Below, piece by piece: positions 12,110 to 24,616 of a stretch of 64,000 bases of DNA; within the stretch, counting starts at the first letter, position 1; every line of letters starts with the position of its first letter. The notes under the pieces are model-generated. The model had not been told where the DNA came from. It saw only the letters and a list, made by a program, of their open reading frames with translations, and searched no databases. The DNA is from Antedon mediterranea (lineage: Eukaryota; Animalia; Echinodermata), in assembly GCF_964355755.1 (NCBI RefSeq), contig NC_092678.1:326422-390421 (forward strand), in the 5' to 3' direction. Both the position numbers and the translations under genes were made by a program.

Positions 12110-12230
12110 AGAGGTCTCCTCAGAAAAGGCAATTGCGTCATCTAACTACGAAATAATATTACTACTACTTGACATGACCAGTGCATTTGACACTGTGCGG
12201 AGGAATACTCTATTCGACATACTATTCTGG
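12110..12230 (+). mobile_element. Non-LTR reverse transcriptase fragment
   Basis: ILLLLDMTSAFDTVRRNTLFDIL resembles the LDxxxAFDxV RT motif. Confidence 0.6.
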
Positions 12231-12519
12231 TTTCACAGATCTTTGGCAACTAAAGTTACTCGAATTCGAGGGATGCTTGTGAGCTACTAGTCCATGGTCC
12301 AGTTTTTTGCGAAAGCAGTATTAAATTGGTGGCAAATGTTATAAAATATGACACATGCATACCTTCAAAACTGGTGGTAGCATGGTGATGTAAATGAGAG
12401 AAGAGCAGTGAAATGAGATGTGTGAATATAATCAAAAATAAATTTGTATTTTAGGTCGTGGGCTGAAAACAGAGTGGCTTAGTTTTTTAGTTTCGTTGTC
12501 ACTCTCTGTCAACTTAAAA

Positions 12520-13565
12520 GTATGGGGAGATCACAGATTTTGTAATTATCAAATATCCACATACCAACAAAAGCAAGTATATAAATGATATGTGTGAATA
12601 TAATCAGAAATAAATTTGTATTTGCACAGAATCAGACACCAACATACAAAGATCTAGAGGTTTTGTGTTTGTAAAGTTTCAAATAAGTAAGCATGGTTGA
12701 TAAATGCATTGAAGATCGCATGCTAATTCCAGAAATCGACAAATATGTGCATACTGTAGGTGTTTCTGGAGAGAAATGCTGACGTTTATGTTAAGACAGT
12801 ATTGACATTTTGAGACAAGCCAGCTAAGGCCCAAACAGCTTTGAAAGGCGAAACAAAATGAAGCCAGATATCCAAGAGCAGCTATTAAAGAATGATATTT
12901 ACATGGATGACATATGTACCCGAGTCGGTTAGAACGGAAGAAGAGGCAAAAATCGCCTGTCAAATAAAGAAAGACTTACAAGGACAAGTAGACACTAACA
13001 CAATAACAAACCATCCTGCCATAAACAGAAAAAAATGGGAACAAATTGTGGAAAGAGTAATGTCGGAAGACGGAAAACGTTAACAGAGGTCTCCACTAAA
13101 GGGCACTTAGGACGAGTTAACCTTAATAGTCTTCTGTGATGCCTATGGTTATGTGCATATGCAAGATGGAAATTAAATAATGGGACATATATATATAAGA
13201 CAAGATTAAATAACAATTTTTAAATTTTTTCCAAACTACTTTATAAACGATGCATAAACCTATTCTCATCGTCCTAATGTACTATAAATTTTGATCTTGC
13301 TGACTAATTGTCGTAATCCATAACATGCAATAAAACGCTCAAGGGGGTGCGAGTTTGTTACCTTAAAGAGTAGTATGGTTGATTGATAAATGCATGGAGT
13401 CAAAATGGAGTCAAATAATAAATAGTATTTTGATCTGGCTGACTGATTGCCGTATCAGTCGCACCCATATAAAACGCTCAACTGGTGGTTACTATGACTA
13501 TATAAGATGATGATAAAACGCTAAAGAAGGAGGGTTTGTAAAGAGTAGTATGGTTGATGCATGGA
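12520..13565 (+). pseudogene. Degenerate RRM1 fragments (12520-12720, 13340-13565) flanking a BEL/Pao RT fragment (~12725-12985)
   Basis: KYGEITDFVIIKYPHT, RSRGFVFVKF..MVDKCIED and repeated KRSRG..SMVDKCME. BEL-like VLTF*DKPA..NDIYMDDI..SVRTEEEAK. Confidence 0.65.
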
Positions 13566-13569
13566 GTAT

Positions 13570-14680
13570 CTCGGCGGTAATGTTCCCATTAGCTGATTCA
13601 TTAATGAGATTCATTGCACTATTTCCTTTTGTACTTGGTACAATTTCTTTTAAAGTTTTCCGTTCTATTATTAGCAATAGAAGAATGAAAATAATCTCTT
13701 AAGATGACGCCTCATATCGTTCAACATATTTCTATGTAATTTATATAATTTCCAGTCGAAAAGTTGCCTCATATCCTTCAACAAGTTTCAGTCAAAAAGT
13801 TCATTGCTGCATTTAACTTTTTGAGGTATGTGGCTTCCTGGCGCAAAGACAAATAGTCTTGATTTATCTATGGTGGTAATGTAGTCGAGACCTTGATTTT
13901 GAAGACCGGAGAATGCAAGTCGCAAATTTCATTGAATTTGGAATTAAAATAAAAAAGTGCCTGTTCACAATCCTTGGCAGAAGTTCCAGAGTGTGATAGC
14001 TAGATCAGACTGAAACCGTTCAAGATCAAAATGTCTGAAAGATTTGCCTTTCACTATGATAGGTGTTCTCTGGAAGTCTTGCGCACAGTTAGGACACAGT
14101 CATGATCACTGATGGTAGATTGATCCAGGCAGATAGCAGAAGTAGAAGTGATTCTGGTTGGTTGATTTATCAGGCAATGCAGATTATACTGGTTAGTGAG
14201 CTGGTTGAATTTATACCACAATTGGCCATTTTTGTCAAATGTGTTACAGTTAAAATCACCCAAACATATGATGACTTCGTAAAATTAGGAAAAAATATTG
14301 TCAAGTGAAGTTTCCATGAAATCAAAAAAAGCAATTGTGTTATCATGAGGATGATACACTACTCCAACCGCAAAAGGATTGAAATAGCCACTTCACTATC
14401 ATCAATAAAATCACTAAGCCATGTTTCACTTATGGTCATAATGTTGTTCTGCTGCATTAGAATTGTAAGCTCGTCTACTTTGTGATAAAGCGGATCGCAT
14501 GTTCAGGTGGGCTATGCAAATTCCTTTGTGGGATTGCGAGCGATTAGTCAATGTTTCAAAATCATTAACAACGCCAGTAGAATTACTAACTGCTTGCTCG
14601 TCTTTAGCTAGACCCGGATTAAATTCAATATCACCAGATAGAGTCAGATGCAATGTGCCATAATATGCCGTTTGTTTTTT
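13570..14680 (-). mobile_element. CR1/L2-type LINE ORF2 endonuclease fragment (copies ~47840-48820, ~61765-63000)
   Basis: LSGDIEFNPG, IAHLNMRS, GDFNCN, INQPTRIT..CLD, ISDHDCV. Confidence 0.85.
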
Positions 14681-14903
14681 GCTTCTATACTTGCGTTTTT
14701 ATAGTTACATATATATCTGTATAGTCAAGGTATCCAAAGTACATGGCACTAGCTACGCAGACTAGTGTAGAATTGTGAAAAATGTAATACAGTATAATAA
14801 TATACCGGGAAAAAATCCGTATAAAACAATACATTAGGACGATGACAATATGTTTATTATAAACATGGTGTGCGCATACAAGATTTATATCTTTAAAAAT
14901 CAC

Positions 14904-14989
14904 CTCTCGTGAGAATGCTCTTCTCGCTGATCAATTTTGTGACCAGTAGATTGGAAATCTTCAATGCATTTATCAACCATAATACTCTT
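14904..14989 (-). pseudogene. hnRNP RRM1 exon 3' half (continues at 19396-19425 across the Sola insertion)
   Basis: RGFGFAKLK/SIMVDKCIEDFQSTGHKID..SRE followed by a gtgatt donor. Confidence 0.75.
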
Positions 14990-16100
14990 GGGCAATTCCA
15001 TAGTGCAGAGGATTTTTTTCCATTTTTTCAAATTAAACCAATCAAACTATATTTGGTATCAAATTAAAGATTATTTTATAGAGAATTAGGTTATATGAAA
15101 AAAAAAAAATTAGCCCATTGATATGATATGGAAAATTTGATTCAAAAATTGATACCTAAAAATGTAATGAAAATGAGAAATGTATGACCTTTTTCAGCTT
15201 CAGTAATAAATAATCAGAGTGGTGTAAAAAGTTAAAATCCATGTTATTTCAGTTTAGTACATTACATTTTTGACACTTGGACAAAAAGAAAATTAATTTC
15301 TGATTTTACATTAATTAAATTTGGCCCAATAATAATGTATCATATTTTGTAATTCCGACACAAAAAAATGGGTTTTTTTAGGATTTCTAATAAAATAATA
15401 ACTTCTGTAAAAAATCAAGACTAATGCAAATCAAGCAAGAGTATAGACATTATATTATGATAATTATTGTTTTTAATTTTTTTAATTTCTTAAGTTATTG
15501 AAGTTTTAAAACTGAAATTCCGTCACAAATCCTTGGTTGCGGAATTACGTAATTCCACAACACTATTATTTAACATAATATTGATGCAAAAACATTTTTT
15601 AAGCAACTTTTTCTCAGCATGAACACAGCTACCAGCAAAATTTGTACAAAGTTTATGTGGTTGTTTATTAGTATGGATCTATGGCTTCTTTGGTTCGATT
15701 TTTTTCTCAGGCCTAGGAACTCTAATAATTTATTTTGTTATTTATCACACCTGCCATTAATTAAATACGAACAATGTCCAATGTACAGATCAAGTTATTA
15801 CATAACTTCCAGACTTTTCTCATAATTAAAACTAATTCATGTGACTCACTTGCACTCTCAGAATAATTCCAATTGTACAGAAAGAACAACTCCCATTAGT
15901 ACGGAATAAACAATTCTTTTTAAATTTCTATTGGCTATTCATGACAACGCCTACCTTATTTGCATTGTTTCTATTGGGTGACAAATAATGTGGGCGACAC
16001 CTGACTTCTTACCTATAGGTATATCTAGGCAATTGAAGTAATAATGTTTTCATTTATCAACCAATTATCGGAAAAGCAATCAATAGAAACTTAACCAGTC

Positions 16101-18216
16101 ATGCCGTTATCATCTAAAGAAAGATCCAGGAGGTATAGAGAGCGTCTAAAGGAAAATGGAAAACATGATGACTACAAACAGAAAGATCGATAGAGAAAGC
16201 AATCAAAAAGAGAGGCTCTTACACCTAGAAGTTTGCAGAAATTGAAATGTTCCCAGCGAGAAAATACAAGACGACACAGAGCTAAAAAAAGAGCAATGGA
16301 AGAACAAGACGGAGCAAAATATTCTGCGCAAAGTCTTGGAAAAGCAGTGAAGCATGCTAAAAGAAATCTCCCTGGGACTCCTCGTAAGGACTTCCGGTTT
16401 AAAGTTGTACAAGTTTTATCAAGAGAATTTTGCAATGTTGAGCTTACTACGGCCATTAATACTGGCTGTTAGGGTATTGGCAAGAAAGTTGAGGAAACTG
16501 TTGAAGCATATTTCTGCAAAGACGACATATCTTGGCAGAGTCCAAATCGCAAAGATGTTATGGTTATAAAGACAGATGGTGAGAAAAGATATGTGCCAAA
16601 GAGATTTTTACTGATGTCGCTCAGAGAATGTCATTCTCTTTATCTATTAAGTCATCCAGATAAACCTATTGGACTGTCTAAGTTCTGTTCTCTTAAGACC
16701 AGCTTTTGTAAACCTATCAAAGGATTTCCCACATACGTTATGTGTTTGCAAATATCATGAAAATGTGAAGCTTCTTTTGCAAGTCGTGAAAACTGCAACA
16801 AAGTGTGAGCACGTTAGCACAGAATTTCGCAATTTTATTGGATCAATAACATGTGACCAAGAAAATAAAGCTTGCATGCTGCAGAGCTGTGATGGCTGTT
16901 CATCCAAATTCAATGACCTTTTCTGTTTCCCAAACATGAATGACAAGTCTATCGTATGGCATCAGTGGATTTCTGTCGAAGGCCACTTTGAAAAGGTTCA
17001 ACAACATGGAACACTGTTAGAATGTGTTGATCTCCTTCGGGAACAAGTCCCTGCCTTTCTGATTCATACATTTGTGAAACGACTACAGAGTGCAGCATTT
17101 GAAGCGCACAAGAAGAGTTCGTCAACTGAAATGGCTGTTGTCCAGATTGATTTTGCTGAAAACTTTTCCATCATTCATCAAAATGAAATACAAAGCGGGC
17201 ACTGGAATCACAGCCAGGTTACCATCTTCACCTGCTGTGTTCATGCTGGAGATAAAGTATATTCATATGCAATTGTAAGCAATGAACTCAATCATGGGAA
17301 ATATGAAGTTGCAAAATACTTGGACTTTATAATACAGGACTTGAAGGTGAAATTACCAAGTTTGCAGCATATCAATTTCTACAGTGACGGGGCTGCCAGC
17401 CAGTTCAAACAAAAATATTTGTTTGAAAATATAACTTATTTTAAAGATGATTATGGAATCACATGTGCATGGAATTTCTTTGCAACATCGCATGGAAAAG
17501 GTGCGGTAGATGGCATAGGTGGTCTCATTAAGAGCATGGTTCATTCAAAGATAAAACTTGGCCGATTCGTGAGTGATGCTGAATCTTTCGCAAAAGTTGC
17601 AAGTGAAGCTGTGAAAGGGGTAAATGTCGTCTACATTTCGGCTGAAGACATTCAAAAAGATAGAGCAAAGATGGATAGTCGTTGGGAGAATGTTAGAGCG
17701 CTCCCAAGTACACACAGCACTCATCATGTAGTCCCTACAGGGCTCCATACTGTGAACTATGCACAACATACTTCTTCTAAAGACAAGAAAGAGTTCACTT
17801 TAGTAGTTGATTCAAGAAAAGACCATGAAGTTGCCACAACATCAGTAGCTGACTCATCATCTGCACCGACGTCTGTAACAAAGGAACCGACAAAGGAACT
17901 GACAAAGGAACCGACAAATGAACCTATAAACGCACAGAAAGGAGATTTTGTTCTTATCAAATATACCATAGAAAGAAGCAAGAAAATTTTTAACTATGTT
18001 GCAATAGTTGATGACATTCCTAAAGACAAACCAGAACTTAACATTATTCATTTATATAAGTTTGATAAAGAAGGGAAGATTTTTGTTGTTAAAGACTTGG
18101 TTGGGACTTATGGGATAATTAATAGAGATCAAATTGTATCTGTACTCCCAGCACCATTGATGGACTCTAAAGAAAGGTATCACTTTAAAGAACCACTTCC
18201 ACAGACTATGGGATAA
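16101..18216 (+). pseudogene. Sola2-type DDD transposase; one stop and two frameshifts in the N-terminal third, catalytic ORF 16669-18216 open
   Basis: CVCKYHEN..C..C..C..C zinc finger, DFAENF, SDGAASQFK, FFATSHGKGAVDGIGG. ATG at 16101, TAG at ~16191. Confidence 0.88.
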
Positions 18217-18423
18217 AATCTTTTTTGGAATACGGTCAATAGTCACTGTAAACCATTAGTTCAAATGAAATAAAGTTTTTTTTTTTAACATTGCAACAAT
18301 TTTGTAAGACTTTTTTTTCTTAATATATTGTGTTTTCCCTTAAAATTATTCAGAAACCCTTATTAAATAAATTTAAAGATGGTCTGCAGATTTCAATTTC
18401 AGAGGTAATTCCGTCACTGTAAT

Positions 18424-19089
18424 CAGCCCACGAAATTCAGAAAAAAGAAGGTCGGCAAAAAATTGCCGACCTTAAATTCGCCAAGGTCGGCAGTCTCGGC
18501 AGTTCTAAAAATAGAAAATTCACCAAGGGCCAAGGCCTAACCTCTTGCTAACCTAAAGGCCTAGCTAGGCCTAGCCTCCCTAGCTTTATATGTTATGCAA
18601 AAAGAACTAGCAAAATTAACTATAAAAAATATAAAAACCTAACACTAAAATTTACAAGATAAATTCTATTTGATAATTGCTGAACATCATGGTTCTGGAG
18701 CTACCGTACACAGAGCATGCATAGTAGTTGCTTGCTTGGCATAACAGGGTATTCCCCTACACAGGTCTGTCGCGCAGCAGCGCTGTGCCCAGCCGGCCAG
18801 CTTGGTTGATAGGAAAGCATGCAGCTCACACACAAAATAAAGTAATGGTTGAGTGAATTCAGGGATCATCTTAATTCCATGGTTTGTTAACTAAACACAA
18901 CATGGTGGTGAATATGCCTGTTAAAATTTCAATGATACGATCCCTTAAAGTACCATGTTGTTGCTAGGAGGCTGGAAAGGAGGGATCTAGCCTAGTTTCT
19001 AGGTCGGCAATCTCTTGCCGTCCTCTGACAATTTAAGGTCGGCAATAAGGTCGGCAATTGCCGATTGCCGACGTGAAATTCGTGGGCTG
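18424..19089. mobile_element. 6-bp-TSD MITE nested in the Sola element; diverged relative of 8744-9314, opposite orientation
   Basis: CAGCCCACGAAATTC..GAAATTCGTGGGCTG flanked by TGTAAT on both sides. Confidence 0.88.
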
Positions 19090-19487
19090 TGTAATTCCGT
19101 CACAGGACCGTGTGTCAAATTATTACTATATATCAAAAACTGAAACTTTTTTTTAAAAACAAAAATGTTTAGGGGTAAAAATGAGGTTGTTTTTCTGCGA
19201 AATTCCGTCACGATATATGTTTTATGATATTATAAAAAAATATGGTTGGTTTTTAAATTTTTTTTGTGTGGAAATAATTAGTAGAATCACTAGCTATTAA
19301 ACTTGTTTTGAAATCTGCCTTAAACTAAAAAAGATACAAGGAATTTAAATGTAAAATTATGGAAAATGTGTAATTCCGTCACCGTGGAATTGCCCTCTTT
19401 TTAATTTAGCAAACCCAAACCCTCTTACTTAAAAAAATTCAAAATCTAACATAGCCTAATCTTCTGAACAACAACACAACAACTTAC

Positions 19488-19640
19488 TGCAGATTTTGTC
19501 AAAAACCTTTTTTTGCTCAAATGTTAAAAAAGCGAATCCACACTTCTTGCCCAATTTCTGCTCCGGTGGAATGTATACAGATTTGATTTTTCCATACTGG
19601 AATACGTATATCTTCTGTCTCTTGGGTCCACACTGCATTC
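19488..19640 (-). pseudogene. hnRNP RRM2 exon, internally deleted
   Basis: tttacag acceptor, YGKIKSVYIP..GKKCGFAFLTFEQ..DKIC, gtaagt donor. Confidence 0.82.
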
Positions 19641-19862
19641 CTGTAAACAAAGTTATTGTTAAAGTTAACAAAGACTATTGATGTGATATTGTTCAGTTCT
19701 ATTCATTAACAATTCTATCTAGGCTTGTAAAATTATAGATTCGCAAACACATTTGAGGATTGAATATGGCTTTATTATCAACATAGCCTCATCACAAACC
19801 CACCACGCCATAAAGCTGGCTTGAAGAAAACCATTTCCATAACCGATTTGATTAACATCTAT

Positions 19863-21228
19863 CAGAGCCATATATATGAAACGTTTATTTTTATTACAAA
19901 ATCTAGAAGTTGATGAGTTGTAGATATTGGATCATGCATCAATAAGGCTAAAAAACATTGTGACGTCATCGTATGGCCACACGAATGTAAAATATAGGAA
20001 TTTTTGTCTCTTTCGTTATTGCTCATCATATTCAATGGAGCGCATCACGCTTATCTGTATTCCTTTTTCTCCGACATTTTAATATTGTCTAGGTCAATCA
20101 ACTATCTTTCGCAAGAGATAAAAATATTTTAATTTTTATGACGTCATCATGCCTAAAAATTTAAATTACATGGGTCATTAATTTCATCTTTACAGTAAAT
20201 TTTAATCTGTAATAGCGCGCAAGAATAAAATGTGATAATCACGATTAAAGCGTTTTCTGGAAGCTATTGGATTGTAGATACGAATTCATGTGAACATATT
20301 GCCAATCGGATGTTGTGACGTCATCATATGGCCACTTGACTTTAAAAAGTCGTATTTTCATCTTTTGCATCATAGTTCATTACATTTAAAAGAGCGCGCA
20401 TCCATATTTCACGTATTTAAATTTCTTCTACACGTTAATATTTTGTTGCTGAGATAATTTCCTTCCGAAATTGCTACCTTCGCGTTTCATTTCGAAACCG
20501 TCAACATGTTAAAAATTGTAATAAATAGGGAGTCCCGTAATTTCACCTATTCTACACTGTATGTAATATACAGATTATACTGTGTATACTATATGACACA
20601 AAATAACAGAATTCAGCAATAACAACATATAATATTCTTCAGTTCAGGTCATAATGCCATAATCTTTTTCTGTGTGCAATATTCCAACGTATGACGTGCA
20701 CCTGGCGTTTCTCGTGCGGATAACTAACTGGTCAAAGTAACGAGTTTCATGTCTAGTTAAAAATTGTAATGTAATGCAATGTAATTGCACATTTTACGGT
20801 GAAATATCGTTGTGCACAGCGAATAGAAGTACTTGCGGCAAAGAATATTGCGCACGCATGCAACTAGTACATTATAAAGTTTAATAATTCATAATGCATG
20901 CTTTGATGACTTAAATAAAATAATAAAGTGTTGTGGATATATTTGTTAATATACTGAAAAGGGTATGAACAATATTATATAATACAAATAAAATGATGAA
21001 TGATTCTCTGAATTTTAATAACGTTGGCGGCGCAGTTTGTGTCAAAAACACAGAGAGCCAAATACTGCATAAAAAGAGGGGTGAATTTGTGTTTTTTGTA
21101 TTGGTTCATGCTTTGATGTATCCTAAATTGTTATACAAAAGATACGCGCGCGCCCCAGCGTGCGAATTCTTTGCCCCAAAAATGGCTTCTAATTTTCAAT
21201 GTCGCAACTCTTTATATATATGGCTCTG
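19863..21228. mobile_element. Non-autonomous hAT- or P-type DNA transposon (1366 bp)
   Basis: 15-bp TIR CAGAGCCATATATAT and 8-bp TSD ACATCTAT (19855-19862, 21229-21236). Confidence 0.9.
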
Positions 21229-21676
21229 ACATCTATGCTTACATAGCGCCCTCTATAATTACCGTACCTTTAGTGTTTGGAAGTATGGATACGGTAGCCA
21301 TAACGATTTTGTATTTAAATTTAAAGACATTTTTATAAAAATGTTTTTTTTTATTTTTTCTAATAGTTATAAGTAGAACTACTGGGCCTAAATACTATTA
21401 CTACACCTTTTTTTGGCCTATCTACTGTAGCATCACCGCTCCATTACTAATACCACCTACCAACCAACCCGACTGTACTGCGATTCGGGCCGCGTTTAAG
21501 ACTACAGACAGACACAAAAAGGCACACATGTTTGTTGAATTGAAACGAAATTTACCGGTCCCAAAGAATTGTTATAATTAAATTCATTGTTTTTAATAAT
21601 CACATAATGATAAAAACAACATCCTACATATATACAATCAAATATTTCAGTTAAAATTTTTATAAAGAATACTTAC

Positions 21677-21810
21677 TTATTTTACTTTTGCCGCCGCTAT
21701 GACTGCAACCAAAACGAAAAATAATTGAGAGACCAGGCCAGACGCGCCTTACTTAAATACACACGAAAGACACATGTGACCTGAACTGAATTACAAAATG
21801 GCGGATATGG
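21677..21810 (-). promoter_or_regulatory. Candidate dead first exon and promoter of an hnRNP paralogue
   Basis: Minus strand gcagtcATAGCGGCGGCAAAAGTAAAATAA then gtaagt. YY1-type CAAAATGGCG at 21794-21803. Confidence 0.45.
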
Positions 21811-22499
21811 TGTTTTCATCATATTAATTGGCAGGATAATTTGAGAATAAAATAATTTGAACATCAGTTTACAGATTTTTGATGAAAAATGGTTAATATA
21901 ATTTATATTCAATCAATTCATATTTCCCAATTGTGAATCAAAGCATATAACGTAACATTCCTGAATAAATTAAAAAATAAATAAAAATACAGTTTTTCTA
22001 ATTCTGGCAATACCGATAACCAGGTTCATTAATATTCATGAGGAGGAAACATGAATATTCAATTAGTTTCGCGATAACGAGGCTCTACTAATAAAAGGCT
22101 ATAAAGTTTAATCTGCATGTAAACTTTGTTTTACTTCTTCAATCCATGGTTTAATTTAATAACATAAAACTTTACAAACATCAAAAAATAAGGCCAGTCA
22201 TTATTGTTCAATATTTCTGTTGTTTAATCAATATTATGTATAGAAATACAAGATTTCAAAGGGGGAATTGTGTATGTATTTTTCATATGTATTGCTTTGA
22301 GATGGCACACATTATATTATAACGTGTAGGCTAGATCCAAATAAATACAATTTTTAAATAACGCAAGCATGACTTCAGTTGTACACATAATGTTTTCAAA
22401 TATATACATGTGAAGGCGTATCAATTTGATCTCCGATGCGCGTGCGTACAATTGGGGGACTAGTGCTGTTTCGCTGTACCACGCTATCCAATCAAGTTT

Positions 22500-22570
22500 G
22501 AACAATACCCCTAATGGTAAGGACATATCAAGCAGAAGGTTCGAGTTCGAATCTCAATTGGGGGACTTTA
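22500..22570 (+). other. Possible degenerate tRNA-derived SINE head
   Basis: CTAATGGTAAGG followed by B-box-like GAGTTCGAATCTC; no full cloverleaf is evident. Confidence 0.3.
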
Positions 22571-22852
22571 TTCTCATTCTCACAGATTCAAATTAATGAA
22601 TTAAATTTCAGTACATCGCCAGCCAGGCGGTTTAGAATTTACCCGTTGTTTTTTCAAGCTCTGCGTTTCATTGCTGGAATCCCGTCATATTGTGTGAACA
22701 CGATCAGTAAACTCGTTCATAAGAGGGGAAGACGCGTTATGGACTTTTTTGTAAAAAAAAAATCAATTTAATAATTGGTTATTTTTCCATTTTTTACAAA
22801 ATATTTTCAACATTCAGCAAAACAATTAACAAAATACTAATTTCTATAGAAA

Positions 22853-23273
22853 TGTCGTGATTCGATTCGAGGATGATCCGCTATTGATTAGGTTAGCTTC
22901 AACCAAGCAGATTTGAGCGTGTGAGGCCCGCCTCTATGAAGGGATAACCGACGCAGAAATTATTCAGACACACTGTGTTGGTTGCCACAGAAAACTTTAT
23001 TGTTTATTATCTCCTTCCGTATGTGCATATATTCACCTATGTTATTCTTACAAGAACAAAAAACCCTGAATCGAATAACTATGTTAACTTGTACATGTAC
23101 ATCATAAGTACCTTCCAACCATTATAATCGACGATTATAATGGTATAACATGTTCATTCATAACAAGAATCATCGTAACATTGATATATAGAATTAAATA
23201 AACAAATTAAGTTTACATTCCAACGCGCGCCACCAACCGATTCTAATATAGCAGACAGAATCGAACCGTGACA
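22853..23273 (-). mobile_element. Solo LTR (421 bp)
   Basis: TGT..ACA ends with an imperfect 16-bp inverted repeat, 4-bp TSD GAAA, AATAAA on the minus strand. Confidence 0.75.
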
Positions 23274-23409
23274 GAAAGATGAAAATTATTCCTATGATTA
23301 TATTCACACATATTCATATTTACACGATTCATGTACACACATCTATATACAAATCAAATTTTTTTTAAATTATATATAATTATAGTACTGTATATATATA
23401 TATTTATTC

Positions 23410-23715
23410 TACTTACATAGGACTTACATACCTGGACTTACTTACATACATGACTTACTTACATACATGACTTACTTACATACCTGGGACTTACATACAT
23501 GACTTACTTACATAGAACTTACATACATGACTTACATACCTGGGACTTACATACCTGGACTTACTTACATACATGACTTACTTACATACCTGGGACTTAC
23601 ATACATGACTTACTTACATACCTGGGACTTACATACATGACTTACTTACATAGAACTTACATACATGACTTACATACCTGGGACTTACATACATAGGACT
23701 TGCATACATGACTTG
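23410..23715 (-). repeat. Complex ACTTACATAC satellite
   Basis: Mixed 13-17 bp units; minus strand has GTATGTAAGT and CAGGTATGTAAGT. Confidence 0.9.
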
Positions 23716-24249
23716 AAACTGATTTGCTAATTTATATTTGTGTTAATTTTAGTATAGATCACCATTTTTTACATAAGTCAATTTATCATCAAAACAATGA
23801 AACATAAAATCTAATAACAGGACAGTATAAATTATTACGACATACTGTTCATACTACAGTACTATATCATTTTAATTTCGTTTGTACCTAGAGTGATTCC
23901 AGCTTTAAGTATGACACGCCATGTGTGCAATAGCTACCTAACTTTGTACAAATATAAAGCTGGATCACCAATTTACTATTCTTTTGCAGTAGATTGTTAA
24001 AATATTATACATCAGATCCGTTTAGCATCAAACCATCGTTATTATTTTTGTTGCCATTCACTGATTTTTAAATGTACGCCATTCACTTGTTGAAGGCTGG
24101 TGCATTTTACAAGTGTTGAAGTGTCCACATAATGAGACGCAAGAATACGATCACCAACATGAATTGCACCGGTCCTATCAAAGAAAAAAAAAACACCATG
24201 AAACCAATGATTTTATGCTAATTTATTGTTTTTATTGATTGCTGTATAA

Positions 24250-24391
24250 AGCTCTGTCTACACTATCAAACTCTATATGACACAAAACTGTGATAATAAA
24301 TAATAAAAATAATGTCATATCACGAACATATTTCAGCAGATCACTACCATATTTGGGCACATCACACTTTTTTGATAGTGTAGACAGAGCT
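24250..24391. mobile_element. PIF/Harbinger-like MITE (142 bp)
   Basis: 21-bp perfect TIR AGCTCTGTCTACACTATCAAA and TAA TSD. Confidence 0.85.
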
Positions 24392-24616
24392 TAATTGATA
24401 AGGGTAGAGGTGAGTAATACGCCAAACAAAGATAAGCCTCTGATTTAAGTCTTAGTTAAAAACCAAAAGACAATGTCCAACATAAGATAAACCTCTGACC
24501 AGGGAGTTGTTAAATCATCGTGTAATCTTTGTATTACCTAACAATATTAAAAGCGAAAATATTTTGCTATGTATGCTAAAACTACAATCTGCAAAGATAG
24601 TAATTCTCCTAAAATA

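Larger units (their letters stand above)
14990..19395 (+). mobile_element. Sola2-like DNA transposon, full length
   Basis: TIR GGGCAATTCCA..TGGAATTGCCC, 4-bp TSD TCTT, empty sites at ~49127 and ~63304, subterminal GTAATTCCGTCAC repeats. Confidence 0.9.

Noticed and set aside
22500-22570. tRNA gene
   Set aside because: Only a B-box-like motif is present; no acceptor or anticodon stem could be built.
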